From the human T2T-CHM13v2.0 reference genome, Homo sapiens: a stretch of 64,000 nucleotides of DNA. This document shows positions 33,335 through 48,848 of this stretch, in pieces (the first letter of the stretch is position 1; each line of letters starts with the position of its first letter). Under the pieces are notes generated by a model, which worked only from the letters and a program-made list of their open reading frames with translations, was not told the DNA's origin and ran no database searches. The translations under genes and the position numbers were made by a program. The stretch is from assembly GCF_009914755.1 (NCBI RefSeq), contig NC_060925.1; one strand, given 5' to 3'.

Positions 33335-33640
33335 GGTGAACACAGTGGCTCATGACTGTAATCCCAGCACTTTGGGAGGCCAAGGCGGCTGGATCATGGC
33401 ATCAGGAGTTCGAGACCAGCCTGGCCAACATGGTGAAACCCTGTCTCTACTAAACAAAAAATTAGCTGGGCATGGTGGTGGGTGCCTGCAATCCCAGCTA
33501 CTCAGGAGGCTGAAGCAGAGAATTGCTTGAACCTGGGAGGCAGAGGTTGCAGTGAGCCGAGATCATGCCACTGCATTCCAGCATGGATGACAGAGCAAGA
33601 CTCTGTCTCAAAAAAAAAAGAAGAAAAGAAAGAAAAGAAA
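33335..33640 (+). mobile_element. AluS
   Basis: Alu dimer. Confidence 0.9.
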
Positions 33641-34802
33641 ATTCCTTCTGAAAACAAATGTAGGATATGTAAATAACGAATCACCAATGGTAAAATGTCA
33701 GGAACTCTAGACAATCAGGAATTCAAAAGAACTTCTGGAAAGTCATTAAATCGCTCCGGAAACGGATCTGCCTCTTTTGCAACTCTCACTCTGATAGTGT
33801 GGTGGTGGGGCTAGAGTCAGGGACAGGGGTAGGAACAGTGGCTGAAGCCACGGCAATGATAGGTTATAAAGATCAGCATGTTAATGTGATCACCAATGTT
33901 AAAGAGAGTCGCTTTGTAGAGTTTTAGGAGTATCCAGGGAATAATATTCCTCTTTCCCTTCTGATTTTGGAACCAGTAAGAGATAGACCCAGGAATTAGA
34001 CAGATGGGGATCAAACATCAACTTTATAAAAGGCTGGATTGAAGGACATGAGTTGGAATTTTATCCTGAAATTAAACCTACCCATCAAATCACAGGTAGA
34101 TGGATAACCTCAGGCCCCCTCCTCATCTCCTGCAGAGGCACAGCTCATCCCAAGAAGCCCACTCCATGATGAGAGAGCCAACTAGAATACACCCACTCAG
34201 TAGGGACTAAACCAAGCATAACTAGTTCCTTCTTCCAAACTCCAATCAGGTGGGTCACTCCTTCTTAAAGGCCTGGATATGCTGGAGCAACTCATTTTCT
34301 CTTTCCTGCTTCAGTTGATCAAAGAAGGGGATAAATTTAATAAACTATAAGGCTCTTTCAAACTCTGTAAATCTGTGTAATACTTAATGTTAAAAGTGAG
34401 GAAAATAGTTTACTTGCAAACAATAGTGCAGCCCATCAAATAGCCACCAGGGTATTTATGAAGTATTGACGGGACAAAATATGAAGGCTCTGCAACTCTG
34501 GTTATTCCAGTGATGTGTGCACAGAGACAGAGATGGTTATAATAAGCTCTCCAGCCCTGTGGAAGCAGAGGTTAAGAAAAGGATTTGAACTGCAGTGGGC
34601 AAGAGGGCCAGGTCATGCTCTAACCCTAAAAAGAAAAGTTCCAAGCCAGAATGCAGCCCATTGGAACAAACCGGAGAGAAAGATATTTTGAAATCTCTTT
34701 GATTTATGACCTACTATAGGACATTAAGACATTATTTATGATCGATATATATGCCTGTAGGTATCCCACTGGAGCCATTGATGCTGCCTCACACTGTGGA
34801 GG

Positions 34803-35817
34803 TTGGCCAGCCCAATCCAACAGACATACTATCTGTGTCCTGTTGGTGCAGGCAATAAACCCAGATGTAGCCATCTATCTCCCTGAAAATGGTGCTGGTT
34901 ACTCCAGCCCTTGGGAGACTGACCCAGAGATATGGATTTGCAGGGAGAAGGCAGGTTGGTAGAAGAAGCCAGAGAGTAACAGGCTTCCCTCCATCATTCT
35001 CATTTGAAATTTCTTACAGCACCCTCCTTCCATAATTCAACTTCTTTAAAAAACCACACAGAATAGCCTTGAGTCATTTGGACATTCACTAAAAAGCTTC
35101 CTCAACGTATTTTTCACAGTTTACATATAAAATGCAAAATAGGAACTTTTTTGTCCCCAAGAAGCTGCCTCCTGTTGGGGACAGGGGAAAGGCACTCATT
35201 CTCTAAAACTCTATGATCCAGTCATATTTCTCTTCTTCCATTCAATCCAATGAATATGCCATGTACCCTCTCACCTTCAGGTCTGTGAACATCCTTAAAC
35301 ATCCTTCCCAATGACAATATCACTCTCACTGAACATATATTCCCCACCTCTGCTCAAAAAAAGTGTGTGTGTGTGTGTGTGTGTGTATATACACAATATA
35401 CATATATATATGCAATCACTATTATATCAGGCAATCCCTTACCTTGCACTCCTACCCTTCTTGTAAATCTCAGCTTAAATATCAGTTTTTCCAAGAGGCC
35501 TTTCCTGAGGCCCTAGACTAGGTCAGATTTCCCTAAAACATGTTATCATGCACCTTGTGCTTCCCCTAGCGTAATACTCATTACACTGGACTAGAATTAC
35601 TTGCGGCCTATTTTGTTAGCTAGACTGTTCTGCAGGAGAGGGGCTGCATCTGTCTTGGTCATACCAATCCAGTAGACTTGCCATCTGTATTCTCTGGCCC
35701 AGATTGTAAATCCAGATGTAGCCATCTATCTTCCTGAAAATGGTCTTGGTTCTTAATGCTCTTGGAAAGCTGACCCAGAGGTCTGGTTTCGTGGAGAGAA
35801 GACATATTGCTAAGAAG
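34803..35817 (+). repeat. Dispersed direct duplication of ~165 bp (34803-34966 and 35655-35817)
   Basis: ccagatgtagccatctatct(c/t)cctgaaaatggt at 34861 and 35712, plus alignable flanks (ccaatcca, ctgacccagag). Confidence 0.9.
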
Positions 35818-35912
35818 AGAATTTCATGCATTTCAAGTGACTAGTAAAGTCCCAAGTAAGTAGAAGGTGTTCAATAAATATTTGTTAAAGATTAAATAAG
35901 TGAATGAGTGAA
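35440..35912 (+). mobile_element. L2 3' end, interrupted by the duplicated segment
   Basis: ctcagcttaaatatca...ggcctttcctga...tctgtcttggtca [insert] ...tcaataaatatttgtt...gtgaatgagtgaa. Confidence 0.75.
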
Positions 35913-37056
35913 ATTATTACAGAACGATCAAGTGCTTATCAGAGAAATGACTATAAATTCAATAGCACTCAACTAATAAAAAGAGAAAATCCAATTGATG
36001 TTGCATTTGATTTGCTTGGTTGAGTTTGGAAACAGAGAAACTGACTACTTTTTGTGCCTTGAATAACCTTTCCACAAAGAGCATTCATTCTTTTTTTTTT
36101 TTTTGACCCTTCTGTTTGTTTATAATGAGGACTAACCCATACCTGATTCTTCATCACCAGATGAAGTATTATCTCAACCTCCCCGCTAGTTTTTTCTAGG
36201 ATGTATAATGCAAGGCAAAAGGTAAAAATCAATTTAGTAATGTGTCTGCATTTGGTCAACAGCAAAACCTGCATAGGTTTCTCTCTCTAAGGAAGAAGCT
36301 AAAATTAAAAGAAGAGGGAAAAAAAGACAAAGTCTGATTACAACTGTAAATGAGGAGAAGTTAGATGTTCTCTTACTGGTTTCAGTCGGCTGTGTAATAG
36401 CTCCAGAGCCCAGGCAACACGTTCCACAGGAGCTGTTGGCCAACAAGATGGCCATAATTAGCAGATTTACTAATTTGATCCTTGTTAATAACCTATTATG
36501 GTCAATTTATAAATTTTAGACTTGATCATGTCTTTCACTCTATAACCAAATTTGGAAGGAGAGGAAGGAGCTGACTTCTCTCTCCAAGTATGTTTCTCTA
36601 AGGAATGCATGTAAACAGCAAGTGTTTCAGGCTGTTTTTATGAGGTGGAGACAGTGCTCACAGCTCAGTGGATAAGTCTACCTTGCAGTTGCTATTCGTT
36701 TGTGTCTGTGAAGCTGAGCACCCTTTTAGCTTCTCACTCTGCTGGCTTGGACTGACCCCTGCTATTGATATGATAACTTTCTCCCACTTTCAACATAATA
36801 TTCATTCCACAAATATTTATAGAGTTTCTACTATGTGCTAGATAATGGGGATTCAGTGGTGAACAAAACAAACATACAGTTGTCTTCAAGAAGTTTATAA
36901 TCTAGTGAATGGCACAGATCATAAAATAATATTGTAGATAATAAATGCAGAATTACAGATTGTGATGAATCAGAAAGAAAAGGTAAAATGTGTTATGGGA
37001 GATTGTAATGAGGAAATGTTTTAATTTAAGAGATGATAGAAAGTTTCTCTAAGGAC

Positions 37057-37355
<299 letters not shown>

Positions 37356-37422
37356 GAAAGTTTCTCTAAGAAATTATGGGCCCAGAGAATGAATGGATTT
37401 AGGCAGTAAAAGACAAGGGGTA

Positions 37423-38059
<637 letters not shown>

Positions 38060-39124
38060 TTAAGACCTCTCTGGCTCTGGAGGAGAATAGATTGGAAAAA
38101 GGGTAAGAATAAATGCAAGGAGATCAGTCAGGATGCTGCTACTATAGATCAAGTGAGAAACCCACCAATGGCTGGACCTAGGGGCATGACCACAGAGGCA
38201 GAAACAAGTGGGTAAACTGAAGTTATATTTGGAGAAGGAATTGGCAGGACATTTGGACCAACCCTCTTTCTGCATGAGCTCCCAAGATCCGTAGCGTCTG
38301 CTGAAGAAATATGTGCCTATGTTCAGACAGACTTTGCCTCCATGTGAATCAGCTGGTAAGACTGTCAACTAAGCAGCCCAGCTCTGTCTCTGGTGCAGTC
38401 TGGTTATTTCAGTCATACAGACATGGCCTTAATGACAGTCTCATTCTATCTATAGACATAGTATCAAATCTGGTTTACACTGAACCAGATTTTTTTATCC
38501 TACTCAGCTCCGTGGGAGAAGTTTCTCTTCCCAAGAGCAGCATAGAGAGAGAACCTGGCCATATATTTATAAAATTGGGGGTGGAAAGATCTGATACAAG
38601 ATAGCAGGAGTTTTTAGAGCAAGAGTTTTATGGCTGGATTCCAATTAATTTGTGGATCTCTCTTCCTGAACAGAGGGAGTTGGCTGAGATGCTGAAGTTA
38701 GCAAATTGCCTGCTTCATGCAGGCGCCATGTCCATTTCAGAATGCTTTCTATGGATTTTTTTCCCACGTCATCTATTAATTACCTAATTACATCGTCTAA
38801 TTGTGGGATTCTTCATGTATTTACACTGACTACGTAATTGGGTGCAATTACACTAATTAGGTTAATGATACAGGATAACAGACTACAAATTGCTTTAAAG
38901 GGACACTGGGAAAGCTAGTAGGCCAAAAACCCTTTGGAGGTAGGTCAGGATCTGTCTATTAGCAGCTCAGAGCTTCCCACTCCTTCATCTTTATCCTGAA
39001 CTTTCAGATCCATTGAAGAGAACAACATGGGAGAATTAGCAAAACCCTATTGCCCAAGACCAGGAGACCGAGGGCAAAGCTATGAGACAGGCAGTTTGTG
39101 GGTGACCCCAGGTACTCCTGTTAC

Positions 39125-40002
39125 AGTAGGCAGATTAATGCCTCCCCACAAAGTTGTCCATGCCCTAACACCCAGAACCCGGAATACATTACCTTACATT
39201 TAAAAAAAGACTGCAGATGTGACTAAGGGTAAGAACCTCGAGATAGGGGGATTATTCTTGCTTTTCTGAGTGGGTCCAATCTAATTACATGAGCTCTTAA
39301 AAGTGGATAACCTTTCCAGCTGGGTCACAGATATGTGACAAACAAAGGCAAAAAAAAAAAAAAAAGAATCTGGAGGCCAGACGTGGTGGCCCACACCTGT
39401 AATCCCAGCACTTTGGGAGGCCGAGTCGGGCAAATCACTTGAGGCCAGGAGTTTGAGACCAACCTGGCCAACACGGTGAAACCCATCTCTACTGAAAATA
39501 CAAAAATTAGCCAGGCGTGGTGGCCTATAATCCCAGCTACCCTGTAGGCTGAAGCAGGAGAATCACTTGAACCCAGGAGACAGGGGTTTCAGTGAGCCAA
39601 GATTGTGCCACTGCACTCCCGCCTGGGTGACAGAGTAAGGCTCTGTCTCAAAAAAAAAAAAAAAAATTAGTTTGAAGCTGGCAGCATGAGAAGGATTCAA
39701 CACCTCACTGCTGGTGCTGAGAAGCAGGGGCCATTTGCAAGGATCAGGGAGAAACAGCAAGGAAATGGGGGACCTCAGTCCTACAACCCCATGGAACTCA
39801 ATTCTGACACCTCAATGAGCAAGGAAATGAATTCTGCCCTAGAGCCTACAGGAAGAAACTTGGCCCTGACAACAACCAGGTTTTAGCCTGACAAGACCCC
39901 TGTTGCACTTCTGACTTACAGAACTGAAAGATAATAAATTTGTGTCATTTAGGACACTAGATTCATGATAATTTGTTACAGTGGCAATTGAAAACTAATA
40001 CA
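39125..40002 (+). mobile_element. MLT1D/E-like MaLR LTR with AluS (39375-39666)
   Basis: gtaggcagattaatgcctcccc...gggacctcagtcctacaacc...agataataaatttgtg...aaaactaataca. Confidence 0.8.
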
Positions 40003-40234
40003 CTTCTCCACACTTTGCTCCTCCGTTTTCTCTCCTCCACTCACTTTCTGTATGTTACTTATTGGCATGCATATTCTGTCCTCGGCTCTCTCTTATCAGT
40101 CTGTTTTCAAGGAAAGATCTAATGGCAATATTGTCCTCTAATATGAACATATATCAGTGTTACCTCTCCCTATGACATTTGCATTTTCAGTTTAGTTCTA
40201 ATTGTGTAATAAAATAAAATTTTGTTCATAAAAG

Positions 40235-40470
40235 TAGAGTGAGAGCCTCATACTCGGAGTTAGATCAATGTCATTTCAAATCCCAGCTCAGCTATTTAGT
40301 TGCTCTGTGACCATAGTGACTGGGTACGTTGTATAACCTGAACTTCATTTTCCTTACAGTAAAGCAGGGATAATAGTGTCCACCTAATAGGGTTGTTACA
40401 AACATGTAAAGAGATTACGTACATTAAGCGCCTAGAATAATGCCTGGCCCACGGACAATATTCCATGAGT
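40235..40470 (+). mobile_element. MIR
   Basis: ttcaaatcccagctc...gggataatagtgtccacctaatagggttgtt. Confidence 0.7.
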
Positions 40471-41500
40471 TTCCTTCCTTCCTCTGATAAGAACCTAAGC
40501 CATCAATGATCAACAAGGAGAAGTAACAAGAGAGTCGGGGCACTTTCCTATACCCCTAAATATCACAAGATTCCATGAGACAAAATAAAATGCTAGATTA
40601 TTTATTTCATATAACCTTAGAACCACCAGTAGGACTAAAAAAAGTAAGATCCTTGCCTAAAGGGAGCTGGGTAACATAGCCACTCAAAAGCATTTGCTAT
40701 CCTAGACTGCTTCTGATGGTACAACAGAAAGGGATGTGAGTAGAGACAGCCAGGTGGGTTTGACTCCTGCCCTTGCTGCCCATTGTGGACTAGTCTTAGA
40801 GACATAGGGCGAAGACAGCTTGGTATCTGGACTTCTAACTACAGCTCTTGGCCACTCTTAAAGCAAATGATCCTAAGCAGTTCCTGAGAATATTTGTGCT
40901 ACATGTGGATTGAGAAAAGAGTGGAGAGAGAATAACAGTAGTAGTAGTTAAACTTTATCTAACATCTACTCTGTACAAAGTACCAATCTAAGCATTTTAT
41001 GTATATTAAATAATTTAATACTTTCAATAACCTTTGTAGAAGTTGGGTGACCTATTCTGATTTTGCTTTACGGAACACAAAGAAATAAATTAATTCTCTC
41101 AAGGTTATCCACTGTTCATAGTCAGAGCTTGGATTTGCACTTGGGTGCCCCTGCTCTAGAGGTAATGCTGTTGGCAGTATGCCACATCCTGATGCTAGCG
41201 TTTGGGGCCCAGCATCACTGGGAGGATGACTGTTAGTTGTGTTTTCCCAGTTCACACCAAAGCCATTAAGGGGCTTATCATAACAAGGTAAACAGGCCCA
41301 GACCCCAAGCACAATCTTGTCCCCAGGGGTGATCTAATCAGCTTTTTAAAAATCTGATCTGGATTAGACAGAGAGAGAGCATCATTCATGGAGTTAGACT
41401 TCTTGTTTCAAATCCCAGTTCAGTTACTTCCTAGCAGTATGGTCTTGGAGAGATTGCTTAATCCAAGCCTTCTTAAGTAAAAATGAATAATGATGTCTTA

Positions 41501-41794
<294 letters not shown>

Positions 41795-41830
41795 TTATAT
41801 GCTTGTGAAAATTGGATTTGAGCCCATTAA

Positions 41831-42140
<310 letters not shown>

Positions 42141-42438
42141 AGTCATGTATTTCTTAATGATGGGGATATGTTCTGAGAAATGTGTCATCAGGCAATTTCT
42201 TCATTGCGTGAGCATCATAGGGTGTACTTACACAAACCTAGATGGTATAGCCTACTACACACCGAGGCTATGTGGTATAGCCTGTTGCTACTAGGCTACA
42301 AACCTGTACAAGCATGTTATTGGACTGAATACTTCAAGCAATTGTAATACAATAATAACTATTTGTGTATCTAAACCTATCTAAACATAGAAAAGATACA
42401 GTAAAAAATATGGTATAAAAGAAAAAATGGGATGATTG

Positions 42439-45400
42439 AGGTGGCTGGCAAGATGGCCAAATAGGAACAGTTCTGGTCTGCAGCTCCCAGCAAGATCAAT
42501 GCAGAAGGCGGGTGATTTCTGCATGTTCAACTGAGGTACCCAGCTCATCTCATTGGGAGTTGTTAGACAGTGGGTGCAGCCCACAGAGGGCAAGCTGAAG
42601 CAAGGTGGAGTGTCACCTCACCTGGGAACTACAAGACATCAGGGAATTCCCTCCCCTAGCCAAGGGAAGCCCTGAGGGATGGTGCCGTGAGGAGCGGTGC
42701 ATTTAGGTCCAGATACTATGCTTTTCCCACACCTTCTCAACCCATAGACCAGGAGATTCCCTCGGGTGCCTACGCCACCAGGGCCCTGGGTTTCAAGCAC
42801 AAAACTGGGTAGCCATTTGGCCAGACACCGAGTTAGCTGCAGGAGTTTTTTTCATACTCCAGTGGCACCTGGAAAGCCAGTGACAGAGAACTGTTCACTC
42901 CCCTGGAAAGGGGGCTGAAGCCAGGGAGCCAAGTGGCCTAGCTCAGTGGATCCCAATCCCATGGAACCCAGCAAGCTAAAATCCACTGGCTTGAAATTCT
43001 CGCTGCTAGCATGGCAGTCTGAAGTCAACCTGGGATGCTGGAGTTTGGTGGGGGGAGGGGTGTCCACCATTACTGAGGCTTGAGTAGGCGGTTTTCCCCT
43101 CACAGTGTAAACAAAGCCAACAGGAAGTTTGAATGGGCAGAGTCCACCATAGCTCTTCAAAGCCACTGTAGCCAGACTGCCTCCCTAGATTCCTCCTCTC
43201 TAGGCAGGGCATCTCTGAAAGAAAGGCAGAAGCCCCAGTCAGGGGCTTATAGATAAAACTCCCATCTCCCTGGGACAGAGCACCTGGAGGAACAGGTGGC
43301 TGTGGGAGCAGCTTCAGCAGACTTAAATGTTCCTGCCTGCTGGCTCTGAACAGAGCAGCTGATCTCCCAGCACAGTGCTCAAGCTCTGCTAATGGACAGA
43401 CTGCCTCCTCAAGTGGGTCCCTGACCCCTGTGCCTCCTGACTGGGAGACACCTCCCAGCAGGGGTCAACAGACACCTCATACAGGAGAGTTCTGGCTGGC
43501 ATCTGGCAGGTACCCCTCTGGGTTGAAGCTTCCAGAAGAAGGAACAGGTAGCAACCTTTGCTGTTCTGCAGACTCCACTGGTGATACCCAGGCAAACAGG
43601 GTCTGCTGTGGACCTCCAGCAAACTCCAGCAGACCTGTAGCAGAGGGGCCTGACCGTTAGAAGGAAAACCAACAAACAGAAAGGAATAGCATCAACATCA
43701 ACAAAAAGGTCGTCTACACAAAAACCCCATCCAAAGGTCACCAACATCAAAGACCAAAGGTAGATAAATCCATGAGGATGAGGAAAAACCAATGCAAAAA
43801 GGCTGAAAATTCTAAAAACCAGAACGCCTCTTCTCCTCCAAAGGATCACAACTCCTTGCCAGAAAGGGAACAAAACTGGATGGAGAATGAGTTTGACGAA
43901 TTGACAGAAGTAGGCTTCAGAAGATGGCTAATAACAAACTCCTCCAAGCTAAAGGTGCATGTTCTAACCCAATGCAAGGAAGCTAAGAATCTTGACAAAA
44001 GGTTAGAGGAATTGCTAGCTAGAATAACCATTTTAGAGAAGAACATAAATGACCTGATGGAGCTTAAAAACACAGCACGAGAACTTTGTGAAGCACACAC
44101 AAGTATCAATAGCTGAATCGATCGAGCAGAAGAAAGGATAGTAAAGATTGAAGATCAACTTAATGAAATAAAGCATAAGACAAGATTAGAGAAAAAAGAA
44201 TAAAAAGGAATGAACAAAGTCTCCAAGAAATATGGGACTACATGAAAAGACCAAACCTACATTTGATTGGTGTACCTGAAAGTGACGGGGAGAATGGAAC
44301 CAAGTTGGAAAACACTCTTCAGGATATTCTCCAGGAGAACTTCCCCAACCTAGCAAGACAGGCCAACATTCAAATTCAGGAAGTACAGAGAACACCACAA
44401 AGACACTCCTTGAGAAGAACAACCCTAAGACACATACTCATCAGATTCACCAAGGTTGAAATGAAGGAAAAAATGTTAAGGGAAGCCAGAGAGAAAGGTT
44501 GGGTTACCCACAAAGGGAAGCCCATCAGACTAACAGCAAATCTCTCTGCAGAAACCCTATAAGCCAGAGGAGAGTAATGGGGGCCAATATTCAACATTCT
44601 TAAAGAGAAGAATTTTCAACACAGAATTTCATATCCAGCCAAACTAAGCTGCATAAGTGAAGGAGAAATAAAATCCTTTACAGACAAGCAAATGCTGAGA
44701 GATTTTGTCACCACCAGGCCTGCCTTACAAGAGCTCCTGAAGGAAGCACCAAATATGGAAAGGAGAAACCGGTACCAGCCACTGCAAAAACATACCAAAT
44801 TGTAAAGATCATCGACACTATGAAGAAACTGCATCAACTAACGGGCAAAATAACCAGCTAGCATCCTAATGACAGGATCAAATTCACACATAACAATATT
44901 AACCTTCAATGTAAAAGAGCTAAATGCCCCAATTAAAAGACACAGACTGGCAAAGTGGATAAAGAGTCAAGACCCATCAGTGTGCTGTATTCAGGAGACC
45001 CATCTCACATGCAAAGACACACATAGGCTCAAAATAAAGGGATGGAGGAATATTTACCAAGCAAATGGAAAGCAAAAAAAAGCAGGTGTTGCAAGCCTAG
45101 TCTCTGATAAAACAGACTTTAAACCGGTAAAGATCAAAAAAGGCAAGGGCATTATGTAACGGTAAAGGGATCAATGCAACAAAAAGAGCTAACTCTCCTA
45201 AATATATATGCATCCAATACAGGAGCACCCAGATTCATAATGCAAGTTCTTAGAGACCTACAAAGAGACTTAGACTCCCATACAAAAATAGTGGGAGGCT
45301 TTAACACCCCACTGTCAATATTAGACAGATCAACAAGACAGAAAATTAACAAGGATATTTATGACTTGAACTCAGCTCTGGACCAAATGGACCTAATAGA

Positions 45401-46040
45401 CATCTACAGAATTCTCCACCCCAAATCAACAGAATATACATTCTTCTCAGCATCACATCACACTTATTCTAAAATTGACCACATAACTGGAAGTGAAACA
45501 CTCCTTAGCAAATGTAAAAGAACGGAAATCATAACAGTCTCTCAGACCACAGTGCAATCAAATTAGAACTCAGGATTAGGAAACTCACTCAAAACTGCAC
45601 AACTACATGGAAACCTGCTCCTGAATGACTACTGGGTAAATAATGAAATTAAGGCAGAAATAAATAAGTTCTTTGAAACCAATGAGAACAAAGACACAAT
45701 GTACCAGAATCTCTGGGACACAGCTAATGCAGTGTTTAGAGGGAAATTTATAGCACTAAATGCCCACAGGAATAGAAAACCAAAAACCACATGTTCTCAC
45801 TCATAAGTGGTGGTTGAACCATGAAAGCGCATGGACACTGGGAGGGGAACATCACATACCGGGGCCTGTTGGGGTGTCAGGGGCTAGGGTAGGGATAGCA
45901 TTAGGAGAAATACCTAATGTAGATGACGGGTTGATGGGTGCAGCAAACCATCATGGCACGTGTATACCTATGTAACAAACCTGCACATTCTGCACATGTA
46001 TCCCAGAACTTAAAGTATAATTAAAAAAAAAAAAAATGAA
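42439..46040 (+). mobile_element. L1PA7-type LINE-1 with full 5'UTR and ~2.9-kb internal ORF2 deletion
   Basis: 5' gtggctggcaagatggccaaataggaacag; disrupted ORF1 (~43778-44806); endonuclease domain from 44869; jump at ~45770 to the ORF2 end; 3'UTR gatgacgggttgatgggtgcagcaaacc; TSD ~aaagaaaaaat(g/a)g. Confidence 0.9.
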
Positions 46041-46767
46041 AGAAAGAAAAAAATAGAACAAGTGTAGAGAGCATTTACCATGAAAGGAGTTTGCAGGCCA
46101 GAAAGTTGTTCTGGGTGAATCAGTGAGTGAGTGGTGAGTAAATGTGAAGGCCTAGGACATTACTGTACACTACTGTAGATTTTATAAACATTGTACACTT
46201 AGGCTACAATAAATATATTTTTCAAACACTTTTCTTAATAATAAATTTACCTTAGCTTACCGTACATTTTTTTACTTTATAAGCTTTTTAACTTTTTTTA
46301 ACTTTTTGACTCTTGTAATAATACTTAGCTTAAAACACAAACACATTGCACAGGTGTACAAAAACGTTTTTTTCTTTATATTCTTATTCTATAATATTTT
46401 TCCTATTTTAAAACAAAGTTGTTGGGTTTTTTTTGTTTTTTTTCTTACTTTGTAAACTTTTTTTGTTAAAAATGCAGACACAAACACACATATTGCCCTA
46501 GGTCTAAATAGGGCTGGTATCATCATATGGAGATATCTTCTCCCACTGTAAAGTCTTCAGTGACAGTAACACACACAGAGCTGTCCTGTCCTACGACAAC
46601 TTCTGGAATACCTCCTGAAGGACCTGCCTGAGGCTGTTTTAAAGTTAACTTTAAAATATACATAACTAGAGGGCATACACTCTGAAATAACAATTAAAAG
46701 TATGACATAGTAAATACATAAACCAGTGACATTTTTGTTTATTATCATTATCAAGTATTATGAACTA

Positions 46768-47008
<241 letters not shown>

Positions 47009-48848
47009 TTATGAAATATTGTAAAGTCATATAGTATAATTTCATATAGTATAATTGTATGTACTATTCTTTTATAGGACTGACAGCATAGTAGGTTTGT
47101 GTACACCAGCATCACCACAAACATGTGAGTAATGCATTGTGCCATGATGTTGCAATGGCTATGGTGTCATTAGGCTACAGGAATTATTCAGCTCCATTAT
47201 AATCTTACAGGATTACTGTCCTATATGCAGTTTGTCGTTTACTGCAATATCATTATACAGCACATGACTATATTGTCTATGGCAACTGGGCTTTATGTAT
47301 AATTTGAGGGATGCCAAGCAATCCTCCATCACCCACAAAATATTAGCTTGTGATTGATGGCTTATCTGAAATTCAGATCTGAGTCAGCCCTCTGAGTAAG
47401 GATATTGACCTGTATTAAAATGCATAAATTTCTGGATTGGCTACTCACCATGCACTTATTAGTTATTGATGCCATAATGTGAATTAGCTGATTAACATCA
47501 TTTCCCATGTATTATTATCACAAGTTAGAAGGTGAAGATAATAATACTTAGTCTTATCTATTTTGAAGGGTTATTCTGAGGAACTTGTGAAATAATGCAT
47601 GTGAAAACAATTTAATAAAAAGTGCTAGCTAGTTTCAATTCACTTATGTGGCACCCCTTGTATGCCAAGGACATGAAAAAGAATTGTTACTGTGTCAAAG
47701 AGATACTCTTCAAGTTCTTTTTTGGGAAATTAATCTAAGAAAAATTGAGACTAAAATATTAAAATATAGAATAAGAAATATCCCATGTAGATAGTTTTGT
47801 CATTGGATATGCCCCAGTGTTTTATAATTATCAAATTCAATTTTATTTCCATCTGACGCACTGGACTATTTCCTCCTTCAGGGCAAGTATTTTGTCATAT
47901 TTATCTTTCCAATATATAACAAATTGTTTGACACACAATAGGTGCTCAATAAGTTTTCACTGAACAAATAAATGAACAAATGGTCAAATGGAATGTTTTG
48001 CTATTATAGAGATATAGCCATTGTCTTTATACCCCTTCCAATTCTCGGACACCAGAACTATGTGAACTTCTACCCTAGACTCTCTAATGCTCCCCTCATT
48101 TCCAGACTGGTTGTGCAACCCTCCCCCATACCTTGCTTGGGCATCTCTCTCAGCCAGGAACCACTCTTGTTACTCCTCTTTGGCAGAGCAGCCCTTTGGG
48201 CAGCATTCCTGTGCTTCTTCCTGGCGTCAGAGCTCAGACACTAGTGAAATCACTTATCCGCTGCTTCATTAGCTATGGCTGCTACCTGGGATTCCACACA
48301 GTGCATCGTCCAACAGTATTGATCTCCTGTTTCAGGACCAAGCCGAACGATTTCACTTTCAACTGACTAATTGTGTAGGGAAAGGGCTTTAAAACAAGAA
48401 AGGAAAAATCCATTAAATTCTCTAAGACAAAACCTAGGTCATCCTGCTAAGTACTACAACCATACAGATGTGTTATTAAAACAGATGTTCATGCAGACAA
48501 GCCTAAACTGCTAACAAGATGGCCAACTCCCTGAGGATGCCTTGTTTTGTAAATGACTTCCTAGGTTTTTGTTTTTGGGGGGAGTGGGGAGAGAGGAGCC
48601 TGAGTCCATATTGGGAAACATTTCCATTCATTTTCCCCACTACGCTTTGGCTGTTGTCACAGGCTGGAGTAGATGGACATAGCCGGTGTCCTAAACAGGG
48701 AAGAGATTTAAGGACCATCCAGTTGCCCTATTATAAACTCATACAACTTTAAGAGAAAAGATTATCTAGGTTGAAGCTTTTTAGACTGTATTCCTTCAAG
48801 TTTCAGAGTTCTGGGAAGCTGTTTAAAGGGCTTTGGGGGAGTAAGGGT

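Noticed and set aside
34738-34962. ORF containing NPDVAIYLPENG, shared by both duplicate copies with two synonymous changes
   Set aside because: Copy 2 has a stop four codons later, the flanks contain indels, and I recognise no domain. Two synonymous changes are too few to infer coding.
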